Shown here piece after piece: positions 55,721-64,000 of a stretch of 64,000 nt of DNA; position 1 is the stretch's first letter; the number at the start of each line of letters is the position of its first letter. The notes beneath the pieces were generated by a model. That model was given only the letters and a program-made list of their open reading frames with translations. It did not search any database and was not told the origin of the DNA. The position numbers and the translations under genes are program-made. The stretch lies in contig CAJFLB010000005.1 in NCBI GenBank assembly GCA_904387305.1, forward strand, positions 6,704 to 70,703, read 5' to 3'. Origin of the DNA: an uncultured Clostridia bacterium. GTDB taxonomy: Bacteria > Bacillota > Clostridia > TANB77 > CAG-508.

Positions 55721-57043
55721 ATGTTTTCACAATTACTTGTATTAGTTATATTAATTTTGTTAAATGCATATTTTGCGGCAAGTGAAATTGCATTTATATC
55801 TTTAAATGATGCGAAAATAGAAAAGCAAGCAAAAGAAGGAAATAAAAAAGCTAAGCAAATAGAAAAAATGTTAAAAGAACCAAGTAAATTTTTAGCAACT
55901 ATACAAATTGGAATTACTCTTGCAGGATTTTTATCAAGTGCTTTTGCATCAGAAACATTTGCAGATATGTTAGCACCAGTATTGAATAGTTGGATACCAG
56001 CAATCAGCATAGGGGTATGGAAAAGTATAGCTATTATAATTATAACCATTATATTATCTTTCTTTACATTAGTTTTTGGTGAATTGGTACCAAAACGATT
56101 AGCCATGAAACATTATGAAAAAATATCATTTGCAACAATCAGTGTTATCAGAGCAATTTCTATTATTACAGCACCATTTGTAAAATTATTAACAGTTGTA
56201 ACAAATGCAATATCAAGAATTTTTGGTGTAGGAGAAAATGAAGAAGAAACAGTAACTGAAGAAGAAATTAAAATGATGGTAAATCAAGGCGAAGAGAAAG
56301 GAACTATTGAAGAATCAGAAAAAGAATTAATTAATAATGTTTTTGAATTTAATGATATTACTGTATCTGAAATTATGAAGCATAGAAAAGATATCTTTGC
56401 AGTGGATATGAGGATTAGTAATGAAGAATTATTAGAGGAATTATCACAAGAAGAATATCGATATAGTAGAATTCCAGTATATGATGAAACCATTGATGAA
56501 ATTAAAGGAATCTTATATGTAAAAGATATATTAAAAAATATAAAAAAGAGAAACTTTAAGGTAAAAAACTTGATAAAAGAAGCATATTTTGTATCACAAA
56601 ATCGTTTAATTAATGAGGTATTTAAAGAATTGCAAAAAAACAAGATGCAAATAGCAATTGTTGTCGATGAATATGGTGGAACAGCAGGATTAGTCACGAT
56701 GGAAGATATACTAGAAGAATTGGTAGGAGACATATATGATGAATATGATGAAGAGGAAAAAGAATATGAAAAAATAGATGAAGATACGTATATGTTATTA
56801 GGAAGTTTACCGATTTATGATGTTAATAAATTGCTAGATGCAGGAATTCCAGAAGGAGATTATGATACACTATCAGGATTTTTGCAAGAAGAATTAGGAA
56901 GAATACCTGAGGATGAAGAAAAACCAGTGATAGAGACTGAAAAAGTAACTTATAAAATAGAAGAATATGAAGATAAAAGAATATTAAAAGTAAAAGCGTG
57001 TAAAAATAATGAAATAAAAACAGAAGAAGAAAACAAAGAATAA
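55721..57043 (+). CDS. CNNM/HlyC-CorC family transporter (DUF21-CBS pair-CorC domains)
   Basis: LNAYFAASEIAFISL, GELVPKRLA, CBS pair, C-terminal CorC_HlyC-type domain. Confidence 0.85.
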   Translation: MFSQLLVLVILILLNAYFAASEIAFISLNDAKIEKQAKEGNKKAKQIEKMLKEPSKFLATIQIGITLAGFLSSAFASETFADMLAPVLNSWIPAISIGVWKSIAIIIITIILSFFTLVFGELVPKRLAMKHYEKISFATISVIRAISIITAPFVKLLTVVTNAISRIFGVGENEEETVTEEEIKMMVNQGEEKGTIEESEKELINNVFEFNDITVSEIMKHRKDIFAVDMRISNEELLEELSQEEYRYSRIPVYDETIDEIKGILYVKDILKNIKKRNFKVKNLIKEAYFVSQNRLINEVFKELQKNKMQIAIVVDEYGGTAGLVTMEDILEELVGDIYDEYDEEEKEYEKIDEDTYMLLGSLPIYDVNKLLDAGIPEGDYDTLSGFLQEELGRIPEDEEKPVIETEKVTYKIEEYEDKRILKVKACKNNEIKTEEENKE

Positions 57044-57057
57044 GGTAGGGAATGAAT

Positions 57058-58797
57058 ATGAAGAAAAAAAATATTGTTATAATAGTCATTGTATTATTAA
57101 TTATCATCGCTATTGCAGGGTGGTTCATATATAGACAAATTAAAAAAACAGGAAGAGAATATGAAATTGAAAAAATTAATGTCCAAGACTATGCATATTT
57201 TATTTTAAGACAAGAAGGAAAATATGGTGTTATTAATAATAGTGGGGATGTTGTAATTAATCCAACTTTTACAAATGTCATTATACCAAATCCACAAAAA
57301 GCAGTTTTTATATGTTATGATGAAAATAATAATACAAAAGTGCTAAATCAGAATAATGAGCAAATATTTTCAGAATATACACAACTACAACCAATCAGAT
57401 TAAAAAATATATCTAGTGACTTGATGTATGAAAAAAATTTATTAACTTATGAAAAGGATGAAAAAATAGGGTTAATTAATTTAGAAGGAAAAGTAATTGC
57501 AGATCCTATATATGAATCAATCGAGGGATTACCATATAAAGAAGGTGAATTGTTAGTACAATCAGAAGGAAAATATGGTGTTATCAATAATAAAGGAAAT
57601 TACTTAATAAATCCAGAATATGATAAAATCACAGTAGATAATTATACAACAGAAGAAGAGGGATATAAACATGCTGGATATATTGTTTCTAATACAACAG
57701 AAAATGGATATCGATATGGATATGTTGATATAGATGGTAATGTTTTACTAGAACCTGAATATACAGAAGTTTCTAGGATAACGAATATAAAAGATAATGA
57801 TAATATTTATTTAATCGTAGCACAAAATGGGCAATATGGAATGATTAAAAATCAAGAACAAATCATAGAAAATGAATATCAATCTATATCATATAATAGT
57901 GAGAGTAATACAATAACATTAGAAAAAACAAAACGATATGGAGTAGCAACATTAGATGGAGAAGTGATTATACCAACAGAATTTGCACAAATTGATAGTA
58001 CGGGAATATATATTTATGCCACTGATGTAGATGGGAATGTAGAAGTATATCAAGAAGATGGAAATCCAGCTGAAATAGATAGCAATGTATATATACTAAA
58101 AACCGAAAATGAAAATTATCAAATCAAAATAGATAATACACAAGGATCAACATATAGTATTCTTAATAAAGCAGGAGAACAAATTACAAAGCAAAATTAT
58201 TCATATATAAATTATTTATATGATAATTATTTTATTGTTTCAGTAACAGGTGGAAAAGTAGGCGTTATTAATGATAAAGAGGAACCAATTATAGAAATAC
58301 AATATGACTCTATAGAAAGAGTAGACGGAACAGAGTATATTATTACAAGATTATCACAAAATAGTTCAACACAATTATATGATAAGAATTTTAAACAATT
58401 ATGTGAGATGACAAATGCAATTATCAAAAAAGAAAATGATTATATAAAATTATACAATAATACAGAAACAAAATATTTTGATTTAGAAGGAAATGAAAAA
58501 CAAAATACAGAAATATTCCCAGATAATCAAATATATGCAAAATCTCAAGACGGAAAATGGGGATTTGTTGATAAATCTGGAAATGTTGTTGTAGACTATA
58601 TATATGATAAAACAACAGATTTAGGTTCTTATGGATATGCAGGAATCCAATTAGATGGAAAATGGGGTGTTGTAGATGCAAATGGTAAAGTGATTGTAGA
58701 GCCAACATATACATTAAAAGTCCAAACAGAACCACAATTTATAAAAGACTATTATAGAGTAGAATACGGATATGGAGAATTTTATTATACAAAATAA
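57058..58797 (+). CDS. WG-repeat (KWG-type) protein with N-terminal membrane anchor
   Basis: Repeated GKYGVINN.G..VI.P.Y and GKWGFVD/GKWGVVD units. Confidence 0.75.
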   Translation: MKKKNIVIIVIVLLIIIAIAGWFIYRQIKKTGREYEIEKINVQDYAYFILRQEGKYGVINNSGDVVINPTFTNVIIPNPQKAVFICYDENNNTKVLNQNNEQIFSEYTQLQPIRLKNISSDLMYEKNLLTYEKDEKIGLINLEGKVIADPIYESIEGLPYKEGELLVQSEGKYGVINNKGNYLINPEYDKITVDNYTTEEEGYKHAGYIVSNTTENGYRYGYVDIDGNVLLEPEYTEVSRITNIKDNDNIYLIVAQNGQYGMIKNQEQIIENEYQSISYNSESNTITLEKTKRYGVATLDGEVIIPTEFAQIDSTGIYIYATDVDGNVEVYQEDGNPAEIDSNVYILKTENENYQIKIDNTQGSTYSILNKAGEQITKQNYSYINYLYDNYFIVSVTGGKVGVINDKEEPIIEIQYDSIERVDGTEYIITRLSQNSSTQLYDKNFKQLCEMTNAIIKKENDYIKLYNNTETKYFDLEGNEKQNTEIFPDNQIYAKSQDGKWGFVDKSGNVVVDYIYDKTTDLGSYGYAGIQLDGKWGVVDANGKVIVEPTYTLKVQTEPQFIKDYYRVEYGYGEFYYTK

Positions 58798-58829
58798 GGA
58801 AGAGGGTGTCTATTTAGACACCTTCTTCC
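58798..58829. terminator. Bidirectional terminator hairpin
   Basis: GGAAGAGGGTGTC TATTTA GACACCTTCTTCC. Confidence 0.7.
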
Positions 58830-58836
58830 TTTAAGC

Positions 58837-59619
58837 TTATATTTGCCGTCCAGACAAATATAAAGCTAATGTTTTTGTCTGGTTTTGCCCTTTGCAGGAC
58901 AAAAGAGACCAAACTTCTTCCCCTAGGACCTGCTTAATTGCCTCGTTCCTACGGTTTATACCGCAGGATAACTCCCACAGTAGGTCCGAATCCTCTACGG
59001 GTGTTGCTTCCCGTATCTTTTTAAGGACCATAATCGCATCTTTATCAGATGCGATATTTCCTGCAAACACGCCTATTTTCCAAGGCACGTCTGCTTCTCT
59101 AGAGAGTTTTGAAACTCTCCTGCCAAAGCTCTTTTGAGCTTTGACATAATCACTGTATTTCTCAACAGTGATTAAGCTTATCTCGTCTGGTCCAGACGAG
59201 CAAAACTTTACCAAATACTTGTCATCTATGTTTAATATATGACTTTTATAACAAGTACCTGGCTGCTGGGACCAAGTTTTTAACACTTGAGCTTTGTCCC
59301 AAGGTCCAAGCTCATCACAAAGGCTTACTGTTATAAAATCACTAAGCACTTTGTGGTTCTTGGCCCAAGCTTCCAGAGGCCTTTCCTCATTAGGAAACTT
59401 TTCTTTAAAATAAGCCTCTTTCATTTGCTGAGGTAAAAATCCCCAAGCGATAGGGGCTTCGTTCTGCAGTTCTAAGGGGTCGATTTTGGAAACCGTAAGA
59501 TTTCCATCGAATTCGTAATGGAAAAAGATTTTGTTTCCATTACTTTCAGTGATGGAGACGTCAAAAACTTCTCCACAATTTACTTCTTCCCGGTTTCCTC
59601 TTTTAATTTCTTTTATCAT
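58837..59619 (-). CDS. Hypothetical protein, compositionally foreign single-gene insert
   Basis: AAAGGAG RBS 7 nt before ATG. Visibly higher G+C and different codon choice from all neighbours. No motif I recognise. Confidence 0.6.
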   Translation of the reverse strand: MIKEIKRGNREEVNCGEVFDVSITESNGNKIFFHYEFDGNLTVSKIDPLELQNEAPIAWGFLPQQMKEAYFKEKFPNEERPLEAWAKNHKVLSDFITVSLCDELGPWDKAQVLKTWSQQPGTCYKSHILNIDDKYLVKFCSSGPDEISLITVEKYSDYVKAQKSFGRRVSKLSREADVPWKIGVFAGNIASDKDAIMVLKKIREATPVEDSDLLWELSCGINRRNEAIKQVLGEEVWSLLSCKGQNQTKTLALYLSGRQI

Positions 59620-59677
59620 TTTTTAACTCCTTTCTCTCACTGTTGTGAGACTAAAAATGTTTAATTTTCTTAAGTAA

Positions 59678-59713
59678 GAAGAAAGGCAGTGTCCAAAGTT
59701 TTAGACACTTTCC
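59678..59713. repeat. Hairpin resembling the 58798 terminator (imperfect direct repeat flanking the insert)
   Basis: GAAGAAAGGCAGTGTCCAAAGTTTTAGACACTTTCC compared with GGAAGAGGGTGTCTATTTAGACACCTTCTTCC. Confidence 0.5.
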
Positions 59714-59903
59714 ATCAACTTAACTTATAACTATATTATAACATAATTTACATAATTTATCAAATTCTATTAATCACTCATATTATTCATAATGCCCTCT
59801 AATTTAACTATATAGCTAAGTTTTAAAATGAAAACAAGAATAAGTGATTAAAAAATACCAAATTGTAAATACTATATAAAATTAAAAAAGAAAAGGTGAA
59901 AGT

Positions 59904-60758
59904 GTGAAATTAGGAATTGCATTATCTGGTGGTGGTATGAGGGGAATTGCACATGCAGGAGTGTTAAAGGCTTTAGAAGAAAGTGGTATAGCAATAGAGG
60001 CTATAGGAGGGACTAGCTCAGGAGCATTAATTGCAGGTTTGTATGTTTTAGGATATTCTCCAGAAGATATGTATCAGTTATTTAAAACACATGCAAAAGA
60101 TATAGTCGGCATAGGACAAAATCCTATATTTTCGAGAATACATCAAGTACTAAAAAAAGAAAATACTGGATTTAGAAGAGGGGAAAAAATAGAGAAACTG
60201 TTTAATAAATTAGCAAAAGATAAGGGGATAGAAATGATTTCTCAAATTACAAAAATGCCGATATCCATACCTACTGTTGATATAAAAGACGGAAAAGAAT
60301 ATATATTTACCAATCAAATACCAAATGAAAAAAGCTCATATAAAAAATATATAGGAAATATTCAAATTGGAAAAGCATTGCGAGCAACAAGTAGTTTTCC
60401 AGCTGTATTTTGCCCTTGTGATTTTGAGGAACACAAATTTTTAGATGGTGGAGCATTAGACAATGTACCAGTATTAGAAGTGAAAAAATTAGGCATTGAA
60501 AAAGTATTGGCAGTTAATTTCAAATCAGATGATATAACAGATGATAGTAATTATATGGATATAGCCATGAGAACAATTGATTTGATGGGAAATAAAATAT
60601 CGGAAGAAAATTTAAAGCAAAGTGATTATGTTTTGACAATAGGAACAGATAAAATGGGATTGCTAGATTTGAAAAAAATAGATAGTTGTTATGAATACGG
60701 ATATAAAGCAACAATGAAGGAGATAGATAAAATAAAAGAAATAATCCAAGAAAAGTAG
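59904..60758 (+). CDS. Patatin-like phospholipase
   Basis: GGGMRG oxyanion motif, GTSSGA (GxSxG), DGG catalytic Asp. GTG start after AAGGTGA. Confidence 0.85.
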   Translation: MKLGIALSGGGMRGIAHAGVLKALEESGIAIEAIGGTSSGALIAGLYVLGYSPEDMYQLFKTHAKDIVGIGQNPIFSRIHQVLKKENTGFRRGEKIEKLFNKLAKDKGIEMISQITKMPISIPTVDIKDGKEYIFTNQIPNEKSSYKKYIGNIQIGKALRATSSFPAVFCPCDFEEHKFLDGGALDNVPVLEVKKLGIEKVLAVNFKSDDITDDSNYMDIAMRTIDLMGNKISEENLKQSDYVLTIGTDKMGLLDLKKIDSCYEYGYKATMKEIDKIKEIIQEK

Positions 60759-60881
60759 CATAAAATAAGATAGGAGTGAATGTTATGATTAGGAAAATAC
60801 TAAAAAATGCCAACTTGTTCTTAAATAAAAAATCCTATTAAAAAACGTTGTTTTGCTCCAACAAAGAAAGGAAGAAGTAAA

Positions 60882-62027
60882 ATGAAGATAAGATATTTTG
60901 ATAATGCAGCGACAACGAAGGTAAAAAAAGAAGTAATAGACAAAATGTTTCCTTATTTTGTAGAATCTTATGGAAATCCGTCGTCATTATATATATTAGG
61001 AAGAACAGCAAAGGTAGGAATAGAAGAAGCCAGGAAACATGTTGCAGATTTAATCAATTGTGATAAAAATGAAATTTATTTTACAAGTGGAGGAACAGAA
61101 AGTGATAATACAGCATTAAAAGGAATTATGTATTTAAATAAAAACAAAGGAAAACATGTAATAACAACCAAAATAGAACATCATGCAATATTAAATAGTT
61201 GTAAAACACTAGAAGAAAATGGCTTTAAGGTAACTTATTTGAATGTAGATAAAGATGGAATTATCAATTTAGAAGAGCTTGTAAATGCCATAACAGAAGA
61301 TACCATACTGATTAGTATCATGTTTGCTAATAATGAAATCGGTTCTATTCAACCAATTCAAAAAATAGGAGAAATTGCAAAGGAAAAAGGAATTATTTTT
61401 CATACAGATGCTGTTCAAGCCTGTGGAAATGTAAAAATCGATGTGAAAGAAATGAATATTGATATGTTATCTTTGTCAGGTCATAAAATAGGAGCACCTA
61501 AAGGAATAGGCGCATTGTATGTCAATAAAAATATTGAATTTAAAAACTTAATTGATGGAGGTCATCAAGAAAGGGAAAAACGAGCAGGTACTGAAAATGT
61601 ACCAGGAATAATTGGGTTGGGAGAAGCTTGCAAAATCGCGAAAAATAATATGGAACCCCATATAAATAAATTAAAAGAATTAAGAGAATTTTATTTTTCT
61701 GAAATACAAAAGCAGGTTTCAGACATAAAAATAAATGGTTCTATGAAACATAGATTACCAGGAAATAGTAATGTATCGTTTAAAGAAATCAATGGTAATG
61801 AATTATTAATGAAATTGGATGAAAAAGGAATATGTGCATCAGCAGGAAGTGCTTGTTCTTCTGGAAGCAATATGCCATCACATGTTTTAACTGCCATTGG
61901 ATTAACAAGTGAATATGCAGAAGGAACTTTGAGAGTGACTTTTGGGGATGAAAATACCAAAGAAGATGTAGAATATTTAGTAACATCATTAGCAGATATT
62001 ATAAAAGAAATAAGGGCTAATCCATAG
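60882..62027 (+). CDS. nifS: Cysteine desulfurase (NifS/IscS class)
   Basis: PLP-lysine region SGHKIGAPKGIGALY, active-site SAGSACSSG. Confidence 0.9.
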   Translation: MKIRYFDNAATTKVKKEVIDKMFPYFVESYGNPSSLYILGRTAKVGIEEARKHVADLINCDKNEIYFTSGGTESDNTALKGIMYLNKNKGKHVITTKIEHHAILNSCKTLEENGFKVTYLNVDKDGIINLEELVNAITEDTILISIMFANNEIGSIQPIQKIGEIAKEKGIIFHTDAVQACGNVKIDVKEMNIDMLSLSGHKIGAPKGIGALYVNKNIEFKNLIDGGHQEREKRAGTENVPGIIGLGEACKIAKNNMEPHINKLKELREFYFSEIQKQVSDIKINGSMKHRLPGNSNVSFKEINGNELLMKLDEKGICASAGSACSSGSNMPSHVLTAIGLTSEYAEGTLRVTFGDENTKEDVEYLVTSLADIIKEIRANP

Positions 62028-63621
62028 CCCCTAAAATAGATAAACTTATTTTAATTCCATCAACAGCAGCAGACATAATGCCTCCTGCGTATCCGGCACC
62101 TTCTCCACAGGGATAAATTCCATCTATATTAGATACAAATTTGGTATTTCTAGGAATCTTTACAGGTGAAGAGCTTCTTGTTTCAACACCAGTCAAGATA
62201 CTATCAGGATGAGCAAATCCTTTTAGTTTTTTGTCAAAGTATAAGATTCCTTCTTTTAAAGTAGAAGAAACAAAGCTTGGAAGAATTTCATTTAAATTTG
62301 ATAAGGTTGTTCCCGGCAAGTAAGAAGGAGTAACTAATCCAATGGTAGAAGATTTTTGATTATTTAAAAAGTCTTCTACTTTTTGAATAGGTGCGTAATA
62401 ATTAGAACCACCCAATACAAATGCTTTTTCTTCTAACTCTTTTTGAAAATAAATACCAGCTAAAGGAGAAACATCTGTAAAATCCTCTGGTATTACATTT
62501 ACTAATAAAGCAGAATTGGCATTTTTACCATTTCTTAAATAGGTACTCATACCATTTGTAACAATTGTATTTTTTTCACTAGAAGAAGCAATAACAGTTC
62601 CTCCAGGACACATACAAAATGTATAACAAGAACGACCAGTTGGAGAATGATATGCTAATTTATATTCAGCAGGAGGTAATTGTAATTTCGGATTTTCTCC
62701 ATATTGTGCTTGATTAATCATTTTTTGAAGATGCTCAATTCGAACACCTACAGAAAAGTTTTTCTTTTCCATCATAATTCCATTTTGATATAGTAATTCA
62801 AAAGTATCTCTAGAACTGTGACCAATTGCTAAAATTAAATGATTGGTAGTAAGTTCAAAATTTGTATTATCTTCTAAATTTTTTAGTAATACGGAATATA
62901 CCTTATTATTTTTGACAGTAAAATCGATAAATTTTGTATTAAAATAAAATTTACCACCTTTTGATAATATATAGTTTCTCATATTTCTAATAATATCAAT
63001 TAATTTATCTGTTCCAATATGTGGCTTAGATAAATATAAAATTTCTTTTGGTGCACCAAAATTCACAAATTCTTTTAAAACTTTCTGACATAAAGGGTTA
63101 TGAATTCCAGTTGTTAATTTTCCATCTGAAAATGTACCAGCACCACCTTCACCAAATTGTACATTTGAATAAGGATTTAATTGTTTATCGTGTAGAAAAC
63201 AATCCACATCCTGTTTTCTAGCATCAACTGTTTTTCCTTGTTCAATAATAATAGGAGCTATACCATGTTGAACAAGTGTTAAAGCAGAAAATAAACCAGC
63301 AGGACCTGCTCCAACAATGACAGGAGAAGGACAAGTTTTCAAACTATTTAAAAAATCTATTTGAATACGATTTTTTATATCTTGTTCAATATCTGAAATT
63401 TCTACTTTTGAAATATGGGGATATTTAGTTTCATCTTTTACTTGAATATCAATGGTGTAATTAAAAAATATATCATTTTTCTTTCTGGCATCAATTGATT
63501 TTTTAGAAATATTCCACTCTAGCATATCTTCAGAATGAATATGATATTTATGAAGAACAAAATCAATTAGCTCTTCATCAGATATATTTTTTTTGATTTT
63601 TATATTGTGAATTCTTAACAT
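62017..63621 (-). CDS. FAD-dependent oxidoreductase (uncharacterised COG2509-like dehydrogenase)
   Basis: VIVGAGPAGLFSAL dinucleotide-binding motif, C-terminal GEGAGYAGGI. Confidence 0.75.
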   Translation of the reverse strand: MLRIHNIKIKKNISDEELIDFVLHKYHIHSEDMLEWNISKKSIDARKKNDIFFNYTIDIQVKDETKYPHISKVEISDIEQDIKNRIQIDFLNSLKTCPSPVIVGAGPAGLFSALTLVQHGIAPIIIEQGKTVDARKQDVDCFLHDKQLNPYSNVQFGEGGAGTFSDGKLTTGIHNPLCQKVLKEFVNFGAPKEILYLSKPHIGTDKLIDIIRNMRNYILSKGGKFYFNTKFIDFTVKNNKVYSVLLKNLEDNTNFELTTNHLILAIGHSSRDTFELLYQNGIMMEKKNFSVGVRIEHLQKMINQAQYGENPKLQLPPAEYKLAYHSPTGRSCYTFCMCPGGTVIASSSEKNTIVTNGMSTYLRNGKNANSALLVNVIPEDFTDVSPLAGIYFQKELEEKAFVLGGSNYYAPIQKVEDFLNNQKSSTIGLVTPSYLPGTTLSNLNEILPSFVSSTLKEGILYFDKKLKGFAHPDSILTGVETRSSSPVKIPRNTKFVSNIDGIYPCGEGAGYAGGIMSAAVDGIKISLSILGAMD

Positions 63622-63697
63622 GAAAAACTCCTTTTATTTGTAGTTTCTTAGTAAGTTAATTATATACTAGGTAACCAGAATAATCAAGTTATCAAAA

Positions 63698-63929
63698 TTT
63701 TTCAGTTTTAGATGTCTAGCAGGGAGGGTGGTATATATTATTTTTTCATTATTTCCTCGGCTTGCTATATAGATTATAAATTCTAAGGTTTAACTAAACG
63801 AGCCTCTCGCTGCTCGCGCTTCCTCATTTATTTAAACCTAAGAATTTATACATCTATTCCGCGGCACATTCGTCAATAATTCAAAAATAATATATACCAC
63901 CCTCCCTGTTAGAAATCTGAAACTGAAAA
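63698..63929. mobile_element. 232-bp nested long inverted repeat (LIR-4)
   Basis: TTTTTCAGTTTTAGATGTCTAGCAGGGAGGGTGGTATATATTATTTT pairs with AAAATAATATATACCACCCTCCCTGTTAGAAATCTGAAACTGAAAA. Inner arms TATAAATTCTAAGGTTTAA / TTAAACCTAAGAATTTATA around a G+C-rich core GAGCCTCTCGCTGCTCGCGC. Confidence 0.75.
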
Positions 63930-64000
63930 TTAAAAGTATTTACAAATGAACTAGAATATTATAAAATAATAAAAAATGAGAAAAGGAGTTGAGTACAATC

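Noticed and set aside
3079-58735. Remaining short track ORFs nested inside large genes on the opposite strand or in another frame (for example 3334-3756, 4554-4862, 6885-7244, 20738-21100, 27488-27811, 33900-34385, 40218-40904, 44981-45337, 55537-56106, 56284-56733, 58424-58735)
   Set aside because: Each lies wholly within a gene with strong motif support, lacks an RBS, and has the L/F/I/S-rich composition expected of chance ORFs in AT-rich DNA.
59904-60758. Patatin-like lipase as a CBASS-type defence effector next to the foreign cassette
   Set aside because: No cyclase or nucleotidyltransferase, sensor or other defence gene is adjacent. Its composition matches the host, and the size and motifs fit the common housekeeping RssA/YlbK-type patatin.
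62017-62027. 11-nt overlap of the convergent nifS and FAD-oxidoreductase 3' ends
   Set aside because: Convergent stop-region overlaps of this size are common and need no special explanation.
1-64000. tRNA, rRNA, tmRNA, riboswitch and transposase genes
   Set aside because: I scanned the intergenic regions by eye and found no cloverleaf-like GTTCGAATC/TPsiC-type sequences, rRNA-like conserved blocks or IS-type ORFs. This visual scan could miss small RNAs.

Overview
AT-rich Firmicutes/Clostridia-type chromosomal segment (by eye under 30% G+C, not computed; standard code 11) with about 47 protein genes, mostly housekeeping. In order: tail of a sortase-anchored surface protein, ogg, fruK-fruA-ptsH-ptsI, addB with no adjacent addA, two tandem MFS paralogues, pgeF/yfiH, family-4 UDG, a GltD-like oxidoreductase, leuS, two HD-domain paralogues coupled to topB, mfd, a DUF362 Fe-S protein, two SpoU-class methyltransferases, an S1-domain protein, pflA-pflB, adhE, a small alarmone synthetase, dnaG-rpoD, mscS, a two-component system next to a sortase and thioester-domain adhesin, a CNNM/CorC transporter, a WG-repeat protein, a patatin-like lipase, nifS and an FAD-dependent oxidoreductase. 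I saw no rRNA, tRNA, CRISPR array or transposase gene. The unusual content is intergenic. Several families of hairpin-forming repeats fill most of the longer spacers: a GGGAC-rich 35-nt module often flush against stop codons, a TTGAAAAATAATTAC...TTTTCCAA element around mfd, dnaG and rpoD, and long inverted repeats with GTTACAGTT-like tips. They are nested inside one another up to three deep, often around a G+C-richer core, and several families appear to share one terminal motif. I do not recognise these sequences as described repeat families, and no autonomous partner is in the window. Other points: two single-gene inserts with visibly higher G+C (26262-26894 and 58837-59619, the latter flanked by a duplicated terminator-like hairpin), a probable frameshift in a poly-A tract (44777-44794), an adhesin whose LPVTG signal is followed by one residue and a stop, and a divergent HExxH protein / decapeptide-repeat protein pair. 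Repeat coordinates were counted by hand and may be off by 1-3 nt. No database search or folding calculation was possible.
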